64,000 nt of DNA from Paragordius varius (Eukaryota > Animalia > Nematomorpha): NCBI GenBank assembly GCA_964247055.1, contig OZ176056.1, positions 7,998,001 to 8,062,000 of the forward strand. The letters are read 5' to 3'. The notes beneath the pieces were generated by a model. It searched no databases and had not been told where the DNA came from. It saw nothing but the letters and a program-made list of their open reading frames with translations. Made by a program: the position numbers and the translations under genes. Positions 13,347 through 25,127 of this stretch are shown here, piece by piece. How positions within the stretch are numbered: the stretch's first letter is position 1; the number at the start of each line of letters is the position of its first letter.

Positions 13347-14199
13347 TTCATTGTAAAATATATTAAAATCTTATAATTTATTTACTATAATAATGGTTAT
13401 TGTTTACCTGTTGACACTTTTACTCTTATATTTAATATCCATCATTATGATGGATTTTAAAACCAACCTTCTAAAGTATATAAGTAAAAACACAAAAGTC
13501 TAATAGGGCTTTAAAAATCAAATCAATACTTTTCAAACCTAAATATCAATTTTTACAAAAGTAATATTTTAAATATTTTATAACTATTGTACTAAGCAGT
13601 GAGAATGGTTTATAAACATTGCATATTGATACTTAAAAATAATGACTGTATGCAATTATCAAAAACCGTTAATCAATTTTAAGTCATACCTTTTGAATTT
13701 TAAAATAGATTTATATATTTTGATTTTCATTCATCTTTATTAATTATATAAACTTGGGGAATCGGGGCGTAGAAATTATAGGACGTTGACTACACTCTAA
13801 TATTTATGAAGCATTTTATGCTTTTATTGTTGGGATAATTGATAACTAATTTTTTAACTAAATCCTCTTGTTATTATATTATAAGCAAAGGGTATATTTT
13901 TTAAAATAAAACTCATTCAAATATCGGCTATAACATGCAATTATTTTTTCTTTAAATGTTTTCAAAAACAAATAAATTCGGCTGCGATTATAAAATTTGT
14001 TATAGAATTTATTATTTTAATTTTTGAATTTACCGTTGTTATAAAATGTAGAAAATCATAATGCACTACTGTAGTTATTTTTTATGTATATTCGCTTAGT
14101 TTCAAAAAGGTAGGCAATTATATATCTTAGGAAACATTAATAGTCTCAAGCGTTATATAACTGATATTTTTTGCAAAAAGGATAATGTTTTTTATTGTA

Positions 14200-14570
14200 C
14201 AGTAAAAATTGAAATTATACGGACAAAACCTAAAAATATTAAACCGTACTATTTTAAACTTCATTTTTTAAAAGATAAAATTAAATTTTCTTAACTTATC
14301 ATTGATAAAACTCATATTACAGTAAACATTGAAATTACACTGATGTTAAAATAAGGTAGTTTTTTTTCTAAAGACAGCCATGCTTAATTATTTCGGCATA
14401 AATATTAATTTAAAATTTTGAAACATATGATTGACTGTGTTAAATTTACAATTTTTTCCCTTTATCTGCAATCGAAAATGATAAGTTATATATCAATTTT
14501 AAAAATATGGTTGACTTTTGAAAAATATTTGTCTATATATTTTTACGTTTTGTCCGTAAATACTACTTCA
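14200..14570. mobile_element. MITE family B (TA|CAGTAAAAATTGAAATTATACGGACAAAACG...)
   Basis: TA-CAGT terminus typical of Tc1/mariner-type elements; inverted arm cgttttgtccgta at about 14545-14558. Confidence 0.75.
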
Positions 14571-15194
14571 AGGCATTAGGTGACCGTATGATATATCAAA
14601 ACAATGAACACGTTACACACCATGGTATATTTATATTAAATAATTTTAATTTTTTATACACCAATTACATATAATAATCGAAAAAAGGGAAAATAGACAA
14701 CTTAGCAGAGATGATAAATAAGTGTAATTTTTATGCATGACTTTAGAGCTAATTCAAAGTGGCACGACCATGATTGGCGCATTAATAAAGAACTATTATT
14801 AAACCTAAATAGTCTACCCTTTTTTAAAAAAATGCATTTAAATTTTTATGTGGAATCCAGGATAGAACCCTGTTCTTTGTCCAACCATAAACGCCGTTTA
14901 AGATAGAAATTAGGAACATCATATTGATTGATTTTTACGTTTTTTAGAAAATTACATTGAAGCTTTGATTTTAGGGTTTACTTTATAATTAAGTATATAG
15001 GGGACATAGTCGACACATAAATTAAATAAAAGTGATTATTCAGTATCGTGCTTACTTTCCAAATTGAATAACACAATTGCATATTTTTTATACATAAATT
15101 AAATTATTTTTAGAAACGCTAAGAATTTTGATATATAATAATTTATTTATACTATAGCAATATGTAATACAAAATAAATTTTATAAATTTGTAT

Positions 15195-18100
15195 TCAAAG
15201 TAATTTTCTTCCCTCAATGCTAACACTTTTGTTTGGATTTATTCCGGTGCTTGAGTTGCCAAAAGAGGATCTTTTGGAAGAATTCAAAAGCTTTTTAAAT
15301 TTTTCCATCCTGCTGTTTTTAATTAAACTCAGCGGTTTTTTCTAATATTGTAAAATTAATTCAAAAGAGTCTTATAAACACAATTAACAAGTTGTTTATA
15401 GGTAATAATATAAATTTATGATGCATCTAAACAAATTTTAAATACAAACCTATTTGATCATGGAATAAATTTGGCATGAAAAATAAAATTTTTACACACC
15501 AAATGATAAATATAATATAATTATATCTATATACTTCATTATTTAAGCATAAACTGAAAGTCAAACATCATTTTTTAAAAAACACGAGACTACTGCACAA
15601 TATTTTTAATTTTTTTTATAAAATTCAAATCCTTAAAATTCATTTTAAAAAATCATGAGAATTCTCCGAAAAAAAAGATTCAATAAAAATGTTTAATTTA
15701 TAAATTTACACTCAAAAGTCTCCAGATAAATAGTTGTATTATATATATAGCTAAAAACCTGATTTATTTCAGCAACGTTAACCTTCGATTTAGGTCGAAT
15801 GACATAATCCCGGGCCGAAGGCTGAGGTATCCTAGCTCGTCCATACTTGCCTCCAATAAATGATGTGTGATGTTTTTCAATATCATCACAATCATCGTTT
15901 TGGTTAATGTTTCGTGGAATGCTTTTGAATAAATATATATATATATATATATATATATCATTTTTTGGAAAAAAAAACAATATTTTTCTATCAAACGCAA
16001 CATTTTTTCAATTGTCTTAATGTTTTCTTTGCTTGAAAAAATTTTACGTTTGCTTGAAAATGCTGTATTGAAAAATGTTGTTTTTGACCGTAGAATTGTG
16101 TAGAATATAATATTTTTTATTTTGTTTGGAAAGGAAAAATAAAATTTTTTAATATTAAAATAATTTTTTTTTGCAACTAGAAACTATACGGATAAAACGT
16201 GAAAATGTATAGATACATACTTTTTTAATGAACAATATTAAATATTGATTCTTTCAAATTTAACTTATAGTTTAAAACTGTAAAGTAAAAAATAGAGATA
16301 TGAATAATATCTTAATTAATTATGTATTTTTCAATTACAATCATTCTCCAAACACAAATTATATGGAAAAAATAAAGAAAAATATGGTTTTCTTCTAAAA
16401 AAATTATATTTGTTTTTACATATAAGTGTTCAACGATTATGTTAGCCTTTACTATCCAATATCAAAACTTATAAATTTCAAATTTTTTGTTATAAAACAA
16501 TTTATTATTATTTCCACCAATTGAGAACTATAGAAAGTTCTTTAAAAGTTTTAAATTTAATTTATAATTTTTTAAAAATATATTATAGATAACATTTTAT
16601 GCCAGAAAATGCTATTTTTCGGAAGATTATATCTAAAAATTTACAGTAAAAATTTGAAATTATACGGACAAAAAGTAAAAATATAAAGAAAAAATTTAAA
16701 TATTTTGTTTTTTTAATATAACTCATTGTTTTAAACTGTAAATTAAGAATTAGAGATATATGTTGGTTGCACAATCAATCTGTATTGATTAATATGATTA
16801 TTATGAGATAAATTAATGTTTAAAAAAGTATGGTTATCTTTTATAAAAATTATCTGTCTTTATTTTACGTTTTGTCCGTATAATTTCAATTGTAAAAAAA
16901 ACTAACCTAGCATTATTTTCGCCCGAATTTTGATGACTATGGAAATGATTCATAAGATAGTAATCTCTTTCCTCCCTTTCCTCCTTACTCATCGCCTTAT
17001 AATCGGATGGAATATTGAAGATGTGACGAGACCATTCATCTTATATATATAAAGCAAAAAATAATAATAATTTTATAAAAGTAATAAACTTATTCTAAAT
17101 TTTGAACCAAAACTTAAATTTTAATTACCAATATACCATATTTCAGTCAAAAGCAACATTTTTTAAAGCACCAACATTTTTTTAACAAACGAAACATTAT
17201 ATTTTAACCAAACGCAATTTTTTCAAGCAAACGAAATATTTTTTAAGCAAATGGATTTTTAGTTGCGTTTAAAGGAAAAAATGTTGTGTTTGCTTAAAAA
17301 AGTGTTACTTTTGACTGAAAAAATGGTATATTTTAAATAACATATAAAAATAATTGAAATTGCCATAAATAAAACTAAGAAAATTATTTAAAGCTGCCCA
17401 AATTACACAAAAAATAGACAAATTAGAATAACCAACTAAAAATTAACAAAGATTATAAATAATTTTTTTTAAATGATCCAAATAATTATTATGTAAAACA
17501 TCTATATATAAGTAAATTTATATGGAAAAAACATTTAAATTAAAGCCAAATAATATTTTATATATATCATACTATTTAATTATTATTTTTTATATTTGTA
17601 AAATCGTATGTGTTGCTAATTTATATCTTTATTCTTAACTAAACAATCCAAAATGAATTATCATAAAAAATCAGAGTAATAAAACATAGTTTCTAAATCA
17701 ACAACTTTTGTCCGACTTTTGTTGTGCATTATTTCTATAATTTTAATTTATACTGTTCGATTATGCGCCAACAAGTTCATAAGATTATATGTGATTAAAA
17801 CATAATAAAAATAAAATATATCGATTTAATATTTATTAAAAATATTTAATTTGTAATAACTCACTAATAAGTTTTCCGGCTCTAGCCTTATTTTCTTTAG
17901 TTTCTTTGGGGTGTTTATAAATGTACATGACAGCTTTACCTATTAGACTGGATTTAAGGGTTCCCACATCAACCGGTGGTAACTTTATATTGATAAATTA
18001 AAATAATGTTAAATAAACGAAATCTAAAAATTAATAAAACTAAAAAACAGTAAAAATTTGAAATCGCAAGGATAAAACGTAAAAATTCAAAAGACAAAAA

Positions 18101-21100
18101 TATTTTAATTTAATGTTTTTCAACACTAACGCATCGTTTACTTTTAAGATGTAAATTAATAACCACCAATTCAATTATATATTTCACTATTGTATGTAAT
18201 CAACATTTAATATATAAAAAAGGTAGGTTTGAAAAAGTATGACTTTCGCTCGGATAAAAAAATACAGTAAAAATTGGAATTATACGGACAAAATGTTAAA
18301 ATATAAGACAAATATTTTTTTCTGAAAAATAACCATACTTATAAATACTTGATTTTTTTTAATTATAACTAATTATTTTAAATTGCAAGGAACATAATAG
18401 AAATGTATCTGGTAACACAATTAATCACGATTGTAATTAAATGATTTTTATAGGATAGATTAAGGTTTATAAATGTATGGTTGTTTTTTGAAAAAAATGT
18501 AGTTGTTTTTATATTTTTACGTTTTTGTCTGTATAATTTCAGATTTTTACTGTATTTGTCTTTTAGTTTTATATTTTTTGTCCTTTTAATAACTATTACA
18601 GTAAATAAACTTTATAAATGGAAATTAGATCTAAATACACATATTACAATACCACAATTCATTAATTTTGATAATTTTACAAAATTATCATTTAAACCAA
18701 CCTCTAAAAGTATTTTTAGGATCTCTTCACGAATCTGCAAATGGGGTAAAGTTTTATCCGATAGGGGTTGTAACCAATCCTGACAATAGAAAATATATTA
18801 ACAAATAATTAATTTTTTTAACCCTTAAAATGGCAAAAAAAAATATTTATTATTTAAAATTTCATAATAAAGTATATATATATATTTTAGTAAAATTTTC
18901 AAAAAAAGGTTTATTCAAATTATATTAAAAATTTCAAACAATAAAAATTTCAAATTGATTTTTATATAAATTCAAACAATAAAATAATACCGCAAAAGCA
19001 GTCAAAATTCCGGCATCCAGAAAAGCGCCTTGTAAATCCACTCTAAAGTAACATTGATTTTAAATTATAGTAACACAAAATATTTATATATATATTTTTT
19101 TTTTAAATAAAAAAACTAAATTTTAATGGAATTAAAGAATAAAAAGAAAAAACCTTCGAAGCTGAGCAATAATGGTGGGTAGAAGTCTCAATTTTTTGAA
19201 AGCTGGCAATTTTCTTGTATTTAACACACGATCTTCCTATTACAAATTTATTATAGATGTAAATTAAAGGCCATATAAAGACGCACCCGAAAAGGGTCAA
19301 CCATATAAAAATTATGTATTTTTTCCAAAATATAAATTATAAAGAGACGGAGAGGGGCATTACAATAAAATAATAATTTAAATTAATTTTTTAATATTTA
19401 TTCTACCCAACAACAATTAAATAATTTATATATAAAATTTTTAGCTCATTCATTAGAGAGCTTCAAAATACCCACACACTTATAAATTGGGAAAGAATAA
19501 TAAATGTATTCGAATTAAACGATTTTTATAAATTATAAACGAGAAGCTTATTTATAAATCAAAGTGCCTAATAGATATCGGATTCTAATTTTAATTTATA
19601 GGGGCAAGGAATTAATTTTTAAAAATTTCATATTTTTAATATTAAGATATCTAAACAACTAAAAGCTTATTTGAAAATTAGAAAAGTACCTAATAGAGAT
19701 CAGAATTTATTTTTTATTTATAGGCTCTATTTATATTGAAAAAACACTTATTTTCTTAATTAAAATATCCAAAATTAACAACTGAAAGATTATTTATAAA
19801 TCAAAGTGCCTAATAGAGATCAGAATCTAATTTTAATTTATAGGCTCTTTTATATTTTAAAAACACTAATTTTTAAATTAAAATATCCAAAATTAAGAAC
19901 TAGAAGCATATTTATAAATCAAACTGCCTAATAGAGGTCAAATTCTAATTTAATTTATAAGCTCCATTTATTTAAAAATTTCATTTTAAATTAAAATATC
20001 TTAAACTAAAAGCTTATTTATAAATCAAAGTACCTATTAGAGATCAGAATTTAATTTTAATTTATAGGGGCGAAGAATTTATCATTAAAAAATTATTGTT
20101 TTTACATATAACATTTACAATTCAATTTCACCCTTAAACAATTCAAATTCACCCTTGAACAATTGAAATTCACCCTTGAACAATTCAAATTCACCCTTGA
20201 ACAATTCAAATTCACCTTTGAACAATTCAAATTCACCCTCGAACAATTCAAATTCACCCTCAAATAAAATATATGTTTTTTAAGATTAAAAATTATTTAT
20301 ATTTTATATATTTTTCAAAAATAAAAATTTTGTTTTGAATTAAAATAATACTGAAAAAAATAATAAACTATACCATAAACATATATTTCATATTAATAAT
20401 GAATTTATATTAGTTCGAAAACACATAATTTATTTTTAGGGTGAATTTGAATTGTTCAAGGGTGAATTTGAATTGTAAATGGTATATTATGTTAATAAAC
20501 TTAACTAACTTCCCAAGCCGTTCTCATTTTATCGATCAGGGCGGCTATCACATCATCCGCATCGTTTATAAAATCTCCGCGATCACCTGATTTATTATTT
20601 AGGGAATTCGAATTTGAGGAATAATATGAAAATCTTTTACGGTTTGCTCGTTGACGTTGACTTTGCAGCTTTTTGCGTTCCATCATAACATCGAAATCGG
20701 AAATCATTCCAATAGAGTTTTCTGTACTGTTATTATTTTTAGTAAAATGTTTTTGTAGAATAAAAATTAAAATTGCAAAAAACTAATATTTTAACCCTAA
20801 TTTTTTTCCTATATAACTTAGTTAAAATCTGACATGCCGCCAGCGGAAATTATTCCAATAGAGTTTTCTGTGCTATTATTATTTCTAGTAAAATGTTTTT
20901 GTAGAATAAAAACTAAAATTGCAAAAAAAACCATATATTTTTAATCTTGATATCTTTCTATAAAACTTAGTCAAGACATACTGTAGTCAAAACTCTGATT
21001 CTTACTATTAATAATTCTATTTTTTAGAGTTAAATAGAATAAAAATTAAATATAGTGAGTGGTATTAAAAAGACATCAAAAAGTATAAAAATTCAACATT

Positions 21101-24100
21101 TCGGTTTTTTTCTGTTTTTAACGATAACAATTTGGATTAATTATCAAGAATTTTTTCAAACATTTTAAATTAATGTCATAAAACCATATTTTTAACCCTA
21201 ATTTTTTTTTCCTATATAACTTAGTTAAAATCTGACATGCCGCCGGCAGAAATCATTCCAATAGAGTTTTCTGTACTGTTATTCCTAGTAAAAAATTTTA
21301 GGGTGCAAAAAATGATTAAAATTAAATATTTATAGTGAAAAGTCATAAAAATAAGAAAAAAAATTATTGGAAATCATATTTTCATAAATCTGATAATCCC
21401 GGCTAAAACAATATTATACTATTATTCCTAATAATATTTTTTTAGAAAATAAAAATAGAGCTTAATAAGTAATATATATTTAAGAATTTATGTATATTTT
21501 AACAAAAAAAACTTTAATAGATTTCCAATTTTTTTAATAATTTATAAAATTTTTTTAATAACCTAAACATTTTAATCAGGATTTTTTTTATTTATAAATA
21601 AAGTCGGCACAAAATCTACCTTGACAAATCCATAATCTGTCGGAATATTCTAGATACCATTTTTACTATTTCTTTATACGGTTTGAAAATTGAACAAATT
21701 TTATGGAAATATTCTAACTTTAAAGGTTGTTTTGTGTATAGTGATACCCCTTAAAAATTAAAAACTGTATTTTTTCACATAAATAATTATTGTTAATTTC
21801 ACAATCGTATTTAGAGATGTTTTCAATAGGATAACTTTGTGTTCTATATGTGTTTATTCTATATAATTATTATATTAAGTAAAAAGTAATAATTGTAAAT
21901 AGAGTATTAATTATTAACGTATTTAAACACAAAATTGGTTAGTTTTTCTAAAAATAATATCAAATTTTTCTTTGTTTGAAAATAATAGATGTGATAGAAA
22001 TCGACAAAATTAATATTAAAAACAATTTTTAATTATTATTTTATGATTAAATTGAATGTTAAAATAGTTAAAAAAGTAATTTTCTTATTATGCAATGCAT
22101 ATATAACGTATAATGTAAACAATCATTAAGTTAGATAAATTTAAAAAATCTATTTAATCACTGGCAAAATGGTATAAAATTTAACATTTTATCATAAAAA
22201 TATATAAAAAGTAAAAAGTGGTTTTCAAAAATCAAATAATTTTACCCCAAACCTAATTTTTCTCGCAATAGTAATATATATTATCGAAACCCATTTATTT
22301 CTATATGAAATTAACCGTTAAGTATTGCTGAGTTATATTTTAACTTACAAATCAAAAACTAATTTTGTTAATTTATTTTAAAAAAAAGTTCAAATATAAA
22401 GTTTTATTAGGCCAACTATCTAACTATCTAATTAATTGAATAAACGAAAAAATAAATATCAAATAATAAAATTATTATAATAATAGACTTTTTCCGATTT
22501 TTATGGACGTTATCAGAATCAATGTCCTCGTCATCGTCAGTCAAAACGGGGAGAATGGGAGCCCCTTGGTCATCAACGACTAAATTCAAATCAAAAAAAT
22601 TTTAATTTAATAATTTAAATTCCAGAAAAATTTTAAACGTTTGGAAAAATTGAAAATTTTTGAATAAAACTAAAACATTAAATTTTGAAAAAAAACGCAA
22701 AAAGCAATAAATGCGCAAATAACATTAAAAAATTTTATTTAACCATGTTTTTTAATTATATATTACTATGTTTTTATCAGTATGTTTTTGAAAAATTTGA
22801 GTAAATTATAGGTCATTAATAAGTTTTAAAAATCTAATAGGACGCAGTATTTTGCAATTAGAATAACAATCTGCCATTTTAGATACGTTAAAATTAAAGT
22901 AAATCTATTAGTGATTCCGACAAATTAATCCCTAAAAATTAAAATGATTTCATTAAGTTATAAAACCGCTTGAAAAAAATAATTAATAATTATTTATTTA
23001 CATTAATGTTTTAATATATATTTTGCTTAGTTTCGGAAATTTTTCAACTATTTCAAAAATAACTACTATAAAAAAGCGCAAAACATATAAAAATAATTTA
23101 AAAAATATATACACATAAAACTTAAAAACTTACTTGCCGCCGGCTTGTTTTGTCTATAGTTCATTATTAATTCATTATCAATATTCTTTGAAGCATTTGG
23201 ATTTCTTTCGGCATTGTCATCTTGTGAATAAGGCAAAGTCTCCTCAATATCACTTCCCCCGCTATTTATCACTTTATTACTTGTCGACGTTGTCCGCAAT
23301 AATTCGTCGTGTTGATTTGATTTGACCCCTAAAAATTGATTAATATATATGAATATATGAAAAATTATCATAACTGATTTTCTAATTTGTTTAACCAGTT
23401 AATTTTTATTGATATAAGTAATATAATAGACAATGAACTTAGGCTTTAAATACAGTAAAAGTTGAAATTCTTCAGACAACATGTAACAACTAAAAGACAA
23501 ATATTATTTTTATGGAAACAACTAAACTTTTTTAAACCACACCTCTTACATAAACTATCTAATTATAATATATAATTTATGGTGTTACCAATTTACATCT
23601 CTATTTATAATTTGGAAACACAAAACGAATAATTTCATCTGAAAAAATCTAGGTGTAAAATGTATGAATTTGTCTTAATTTTAACGCTGTGTCTGTAAAT
23701 TTTATTTTCATAAAAATAATCCTGATATATTTTTTTAAAACAAAAATTCTAAATTAACATTCTTTAACTATATCAAAATATTTAGTTTTTCATGCTTTAC
23801 TAAAACACACACTTTATAAAAATTAAATCATAAAAAACCATATAAACCCTCAGTTAAATGAGTTTCGGCTTATTGTTGGTTAAAAAAATGAGTTTTAGTC
23901 AGAGTAAATTAAAAGCAATAACATTACACCATTTATGATTCACAAATAAAAAACACCTCCAATATTCACTAAAAAGACTATAACCGTTATTTAAATGGGT
24001 CTTGGGTTTGGTTTAACTAGTGTTGTTGAATTGAAAAGAAATATATATATTTTTATGGAATTTAACATTTTTTAATTATTTTTCATAAATCTAAATTCTA

Positions 24101-25088
24101 TAAATTAATAAAAAATTATAAACCGTTATTAAAATGGCTGTCCTCCTCATCGTCAGATGTTGAATCGATATCTCGTCTGCTTTCGTCATTAGCATGTTTC
24201 ATGTGTCGTCTGCTGCGTTTTTTTCGTTTTAAATTGCGTTCAGGTGACTTTGATTGCAACCAATTAGAATCGTGTTGTTCCATTTCAATTTCAGAATCTC
24301 GGAAACCTTCAAACACCTGGATAGTGTAAATATTTACTGTTATACTATGCACAAGTAGATATAAAGTAAAAATTTCATCGAAAAAACAAAACATAGGAAA
24401 AAAGAAGGACTTCTATCTCAATTTTGAAACCCTAACTCTGAAATAAGAATGCAAGATTTATGGAATATAATTTGTAATTATCACCTTTTCACCAGATCCT
24501 TCACTATCCGATGAACCAAATATGTTAAGTACCTTACTGTTTAAAGTTGTAAGGCCATATTCATCTAAAAGTTCGGTCTGTCTAATATTTTCATTTAATA
24601 TTTTGGTAGGTTGGTGATCTTGCTGATTTATACTTTGTTCGACTATATCATTTAAAACCAAATTTTCGGTAGGATTAGTGCTTAATTCATTATCATTATT
24701 AATTATCGGATCAATTATCGGGATATCAATGATTTCCTCCATATTATTTGATTGTTCTAGATCCAAATAAGGTTCATTAGAGTTGTTGGATGTTTCGCAT
24801 TCATTGTGCAAAGCATGGAAATTTTGTGTAGGTTCGTTAAAAGCATTGTTCTATAAATTATAAACAAAATAATACCCAATTATTGTCATCATGATGTGGA
24901 CCAATGCTAAATATTAAGTTAAAATAAACCTATCTAAAGGTGGAATGATTGTTATCTCTTCACTTTATGCATTAAAAAAATGTATACTTTGTAGTACCCT
25001 CCTGAGTTGAATTCGTTTCTTTGATATAAGATTCCAAATCTAAAGCAAAACTTCCAATTTCTTTTACACCAACTTCGGTATCAGACAT
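15195..25088 (-). CDS. IWS1: IWS1/Spn1 transcription elongation factor (TFIIS-N-terminal domain)
   Basis: Exons 25088-24988, 24962-24930, 24906-24876, 24850-24485, 24316-24124, 23328-23134, 22579-22489, 20726-20510, 19236-19154, 19042-18991, 18779-18702, 17982-17865, 17039-16907, 15921-15759 and 15341-15195, all in phase. Motifs: [97 protein letters not shown], and C-terminal SIEGRKLL*. The first three exons are less certain. Confidence 0.95.
17136..17326. mobile_element. MITE family C (TA|CCAT..CAGTCAAAAGC; internal AAGCAAACG-type repeats)
   Basis: Inverted arms ccatatttcagtcaaaagc / cttttgactgaaaaaatgg. A second copy lies at 43484-43661 and a partial copy at about 15985-16095. Confidence 0.75.
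18265..18552. mobile_element. MITE family B copy (IWS1 intron)
   Basis: TA|cagtaaaaattggaattatacggacaaaa...ttttgtctgtataatttcagatttttactg|TA. Confidence 0.85.
19540..20070. repeat. Minisatellite, ~120-bp unit x5, in an IWS1 intron
   Basis: ttataaatcaaagtgcctaatagagatcagaat...tttatagg recurs at about 19567, 19689, 19809, 19927 and 20032. Confidence 0.85.
20111..20482. mobile_element. MITE family A copy
   Basis: About six tandem 21-bp units; the right TIR ends 27 nt from the IWS1 donor at 20509. Confidence 0.85.
20697..21290. repeat. Three copies of an IWS1 acceptor plus exon start
   Basis: gaaat(c/t)attccaatagagttttctgt recurs at about 20700, 20848 and 21250. Confidence 0.9.
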
Positions 25089-25127
25089 TAATGCCGCGCT
25101 TTCATAAAATCAGCAAAAAATTTATTT

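Noticed and set aside
14850-14900. tRNA/SINE-like B-box (ggttctatcc) on the minus strand
   Set aside because: There is no cloverleaf and no second copy; the similarity is too short.
20140-20265. Regular 21-bp repeats resembling a CRISPR array
   Set aside because: There are no unique spacers; they are subterminal tandem units of a eukaryotic MITE, and there are no cas genes.
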